From Schmidtea nova (taxonomy: Eukaryota): 64,000 bases of DNA. Positions 62,293 to 64,000 of this stretch are shown here, piece by piece. Every line of letters starts with the position of its first letter. Within the stretch, counting starts at the first letter, position 1. The position numbers and the translations under genes were made by a program. The stretch lies in assembly GCA_044892505.1 (NCBI GenBank), contig CM097883.1, positions 227,726,001 through 227,790,000 of the forward strand, written 5' to 3'. The notes below the pieces were generated by a model. The model was not told where the DNA came from and ran no database searches. It saw only the letters and a program-made list of their open reading frames with translations.

Positions 62293-62331
62293 GCACACAC
62301 TTGAAAAAGGCTGTGCCGAAAATCCGTGCAC
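62293..62331 (+). ncRNA. Diverged hammerhead-like pLTR relic
   Basis: gcacacac-TTGAAAA-aggctgtgcc-GAAA-atcc-gtgcac shares stem II and core with the U3-A8 family. Confidence 0.45.
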
Positions 62332-63289
62332 TTTTTAAAAAAACAATTTAATCTATAGTTTCTTAATAAAAATGATAACCAAGCCTGTTTAAATATAAAC
62401 TGAACAAAGAATTCAGTTTAAATATTTTTCATATGAATATCTTTTTAAAACGTCTTAAAATGACAATGAAAGAATAAGCAGACAAATTTTATTTTTTATT
62501 GCGCTTTTTTGTTGATGAATTTCATATTCTAAATTAGAAAACTTTTTCATTATTCATAATAAATTGTGTTCATGTTGTATTAATAAAAAAAAGGTTTGGC
62601 TGTACCAAATTAATTTTATTGTATGATTAGTACATCATTTATCACTAAAATATAACTGATAAAAAACACTTAATGTTAACTCTACAATTCATAACATTTT
62701 TTATAAAAGTTAAAAACATCTTTTCTTATTCAAAACATTTTCTAAAATAATAAAAAAATAATTTAAAAATTCTAGGAAGCTAATTTTTTATATTGAATGA
62801 TAATTTGTTTTATATAAATAGAAAAGTATTTAATGGCAAAATAATATAATGTCCTAAATTTGATATAATAAGCATTGTGTGATTAATATTTATCAAGTAA
62901 AAAACAAATTAATTTTTATAATAATAGTCAATTAATAAATTGATAGTATACCCAAATATACAAAACACGAATAATTAATTTTATTTTTACTTAAATTGAA
63001 AATAATTCTTAAATAAATAAAAAATTTCTTTTAAAAGTTTATTTCAAATTTCTGGATTTCAAATCACGCTTGGGAGTTTTATTGAAAAGAAAATAAATTT
63101 TATCATTGTTTAAATTAAAATTTCAACAATAAATAATCAAATCTTCAGTTTTGAGCATTTTAGTAGGTATAATTGTAGATAATATTCATTTATTTTGAAT
63201 AAATATGAATTTTAATTTTAAAAGGTTAATTAATAAATGTTGTTATCAAATGTCCTATTATTATTATTATTATTATTATTATCATAATT

Positions 63290-64000
63290 ATCTTTTTTCA
63301 CCTTTGATCTTTTTTTATTATTATTATCAATAATTCTCATAATGACTTTAGATCAAAATTTTTTTTTATAAACAATAACACAATATTTCGGCACAGCCTT
63401 TATCAAGTGTGTATTTCTATCGTTATATTTACTTAATCCTAAATAGTAGCCTTAATTATTTTTTTAATATTTTATAATGATTTTATTGGATGAAAAAATT
63501 TATTTTAATTTTTTTGTGCGAATTGAATGTTGATGGACGGTTTGTATTTTTTTATGAAAAAAGTCTCGGAAGCTAATCTTTGTAATGAATTTTTGAATCC
63601 CTCTTGTAGGATCTGGCATTTTGTTTCTTCTATAGATGGAGTTGTTTTATGTACTTTTTCCCAGTGTTCGTAATAATTACTGGTTTTGATTTTAGTATGT
63701 TCATTAAGTCGGGTGCGAAAAGTTCTATGTGTTTCTCCTATGTAAGTAGCGTCACATTTTTGACAAGAAAGTTTATATACTATATTTTTGGAAAAGCAAA
63801 AGCATCGGGTTGTGGAACGGCAAAGACATTTATGTTTGGAGATGTTGGAAATTGGTGGCTTTCGGAGTTGTGATTTTAACGGTGCGGAGGTTATGAATGT
63901 TGGACGGATGTGGATAGGCAAATCTGTTTGATTAAAAATGTTGGTGATTTTGTTGGCTGTAGTGTCATTTAGGAAAGGTAATCTTAGATATGTTGTGTGT
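63290..64000 (-). mobile_element. Penelope 3' portion running off the right edge
   Basis: GIY-YIG ORF 63921-63505 and pLTR nearly identical to the 48.1-48.8 kb copy. Confidence 0.95.

Overview
Very AT-rich eukaryotic (metazoan-type; a flatworm/planarian host is my inference) scaffold window with ten N-gaps. It is almost entirely nested mobile DNA, and I found no supportable host gene, rRNA, tRNA or CRISPR array. Main contents: (1) A decayed retrovirus-like Ty3/Gypsy element (~19.2-26.6 kb, minus strand) with a tRNA-Trp-type PBS. Its first reading frame, once three small lesions are repaired, reads Gag(3x CCHC) - ubiquitin-like - ubiquitin-like - Bcl-2-like (BH1/BH2) - TM - chuvirus-like envelope glycoprotein, followed by a partial RT-RNase H. 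(2) An adjacent defective Polinton/Maverick/adintovirus-like element (~26.6-33.5 kb) with core-like protein, penton, chromodomain integrase split by a 43-nt GT-AG intron, A32-like packaging ATPase and a TATA-binding-protein-like gene. Its terminus is built from 120-bp, 30-bp and 13-bp (AP-1 site) arrays, and a homologous terminus lies inverted at 9.25-13 kb. (3) A ~1.8-kb-arm foldback inverted repeat (14.6-19.2 kb). (4) Several other Gypsy remnants, including a complete 4,004-bp element with 164-bp LTRs and CTGAC TSD. (5) At least five Penelope-like pieces with minimal hammerhead ribozymes (U3-A8 variant), plus a separate canonical hammerhead. (6) A mariner, a piggyBac MITE, a MULE-like MITE and solo LTRs. 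All protein family calls come from my recognition of motifs, not from database searches.
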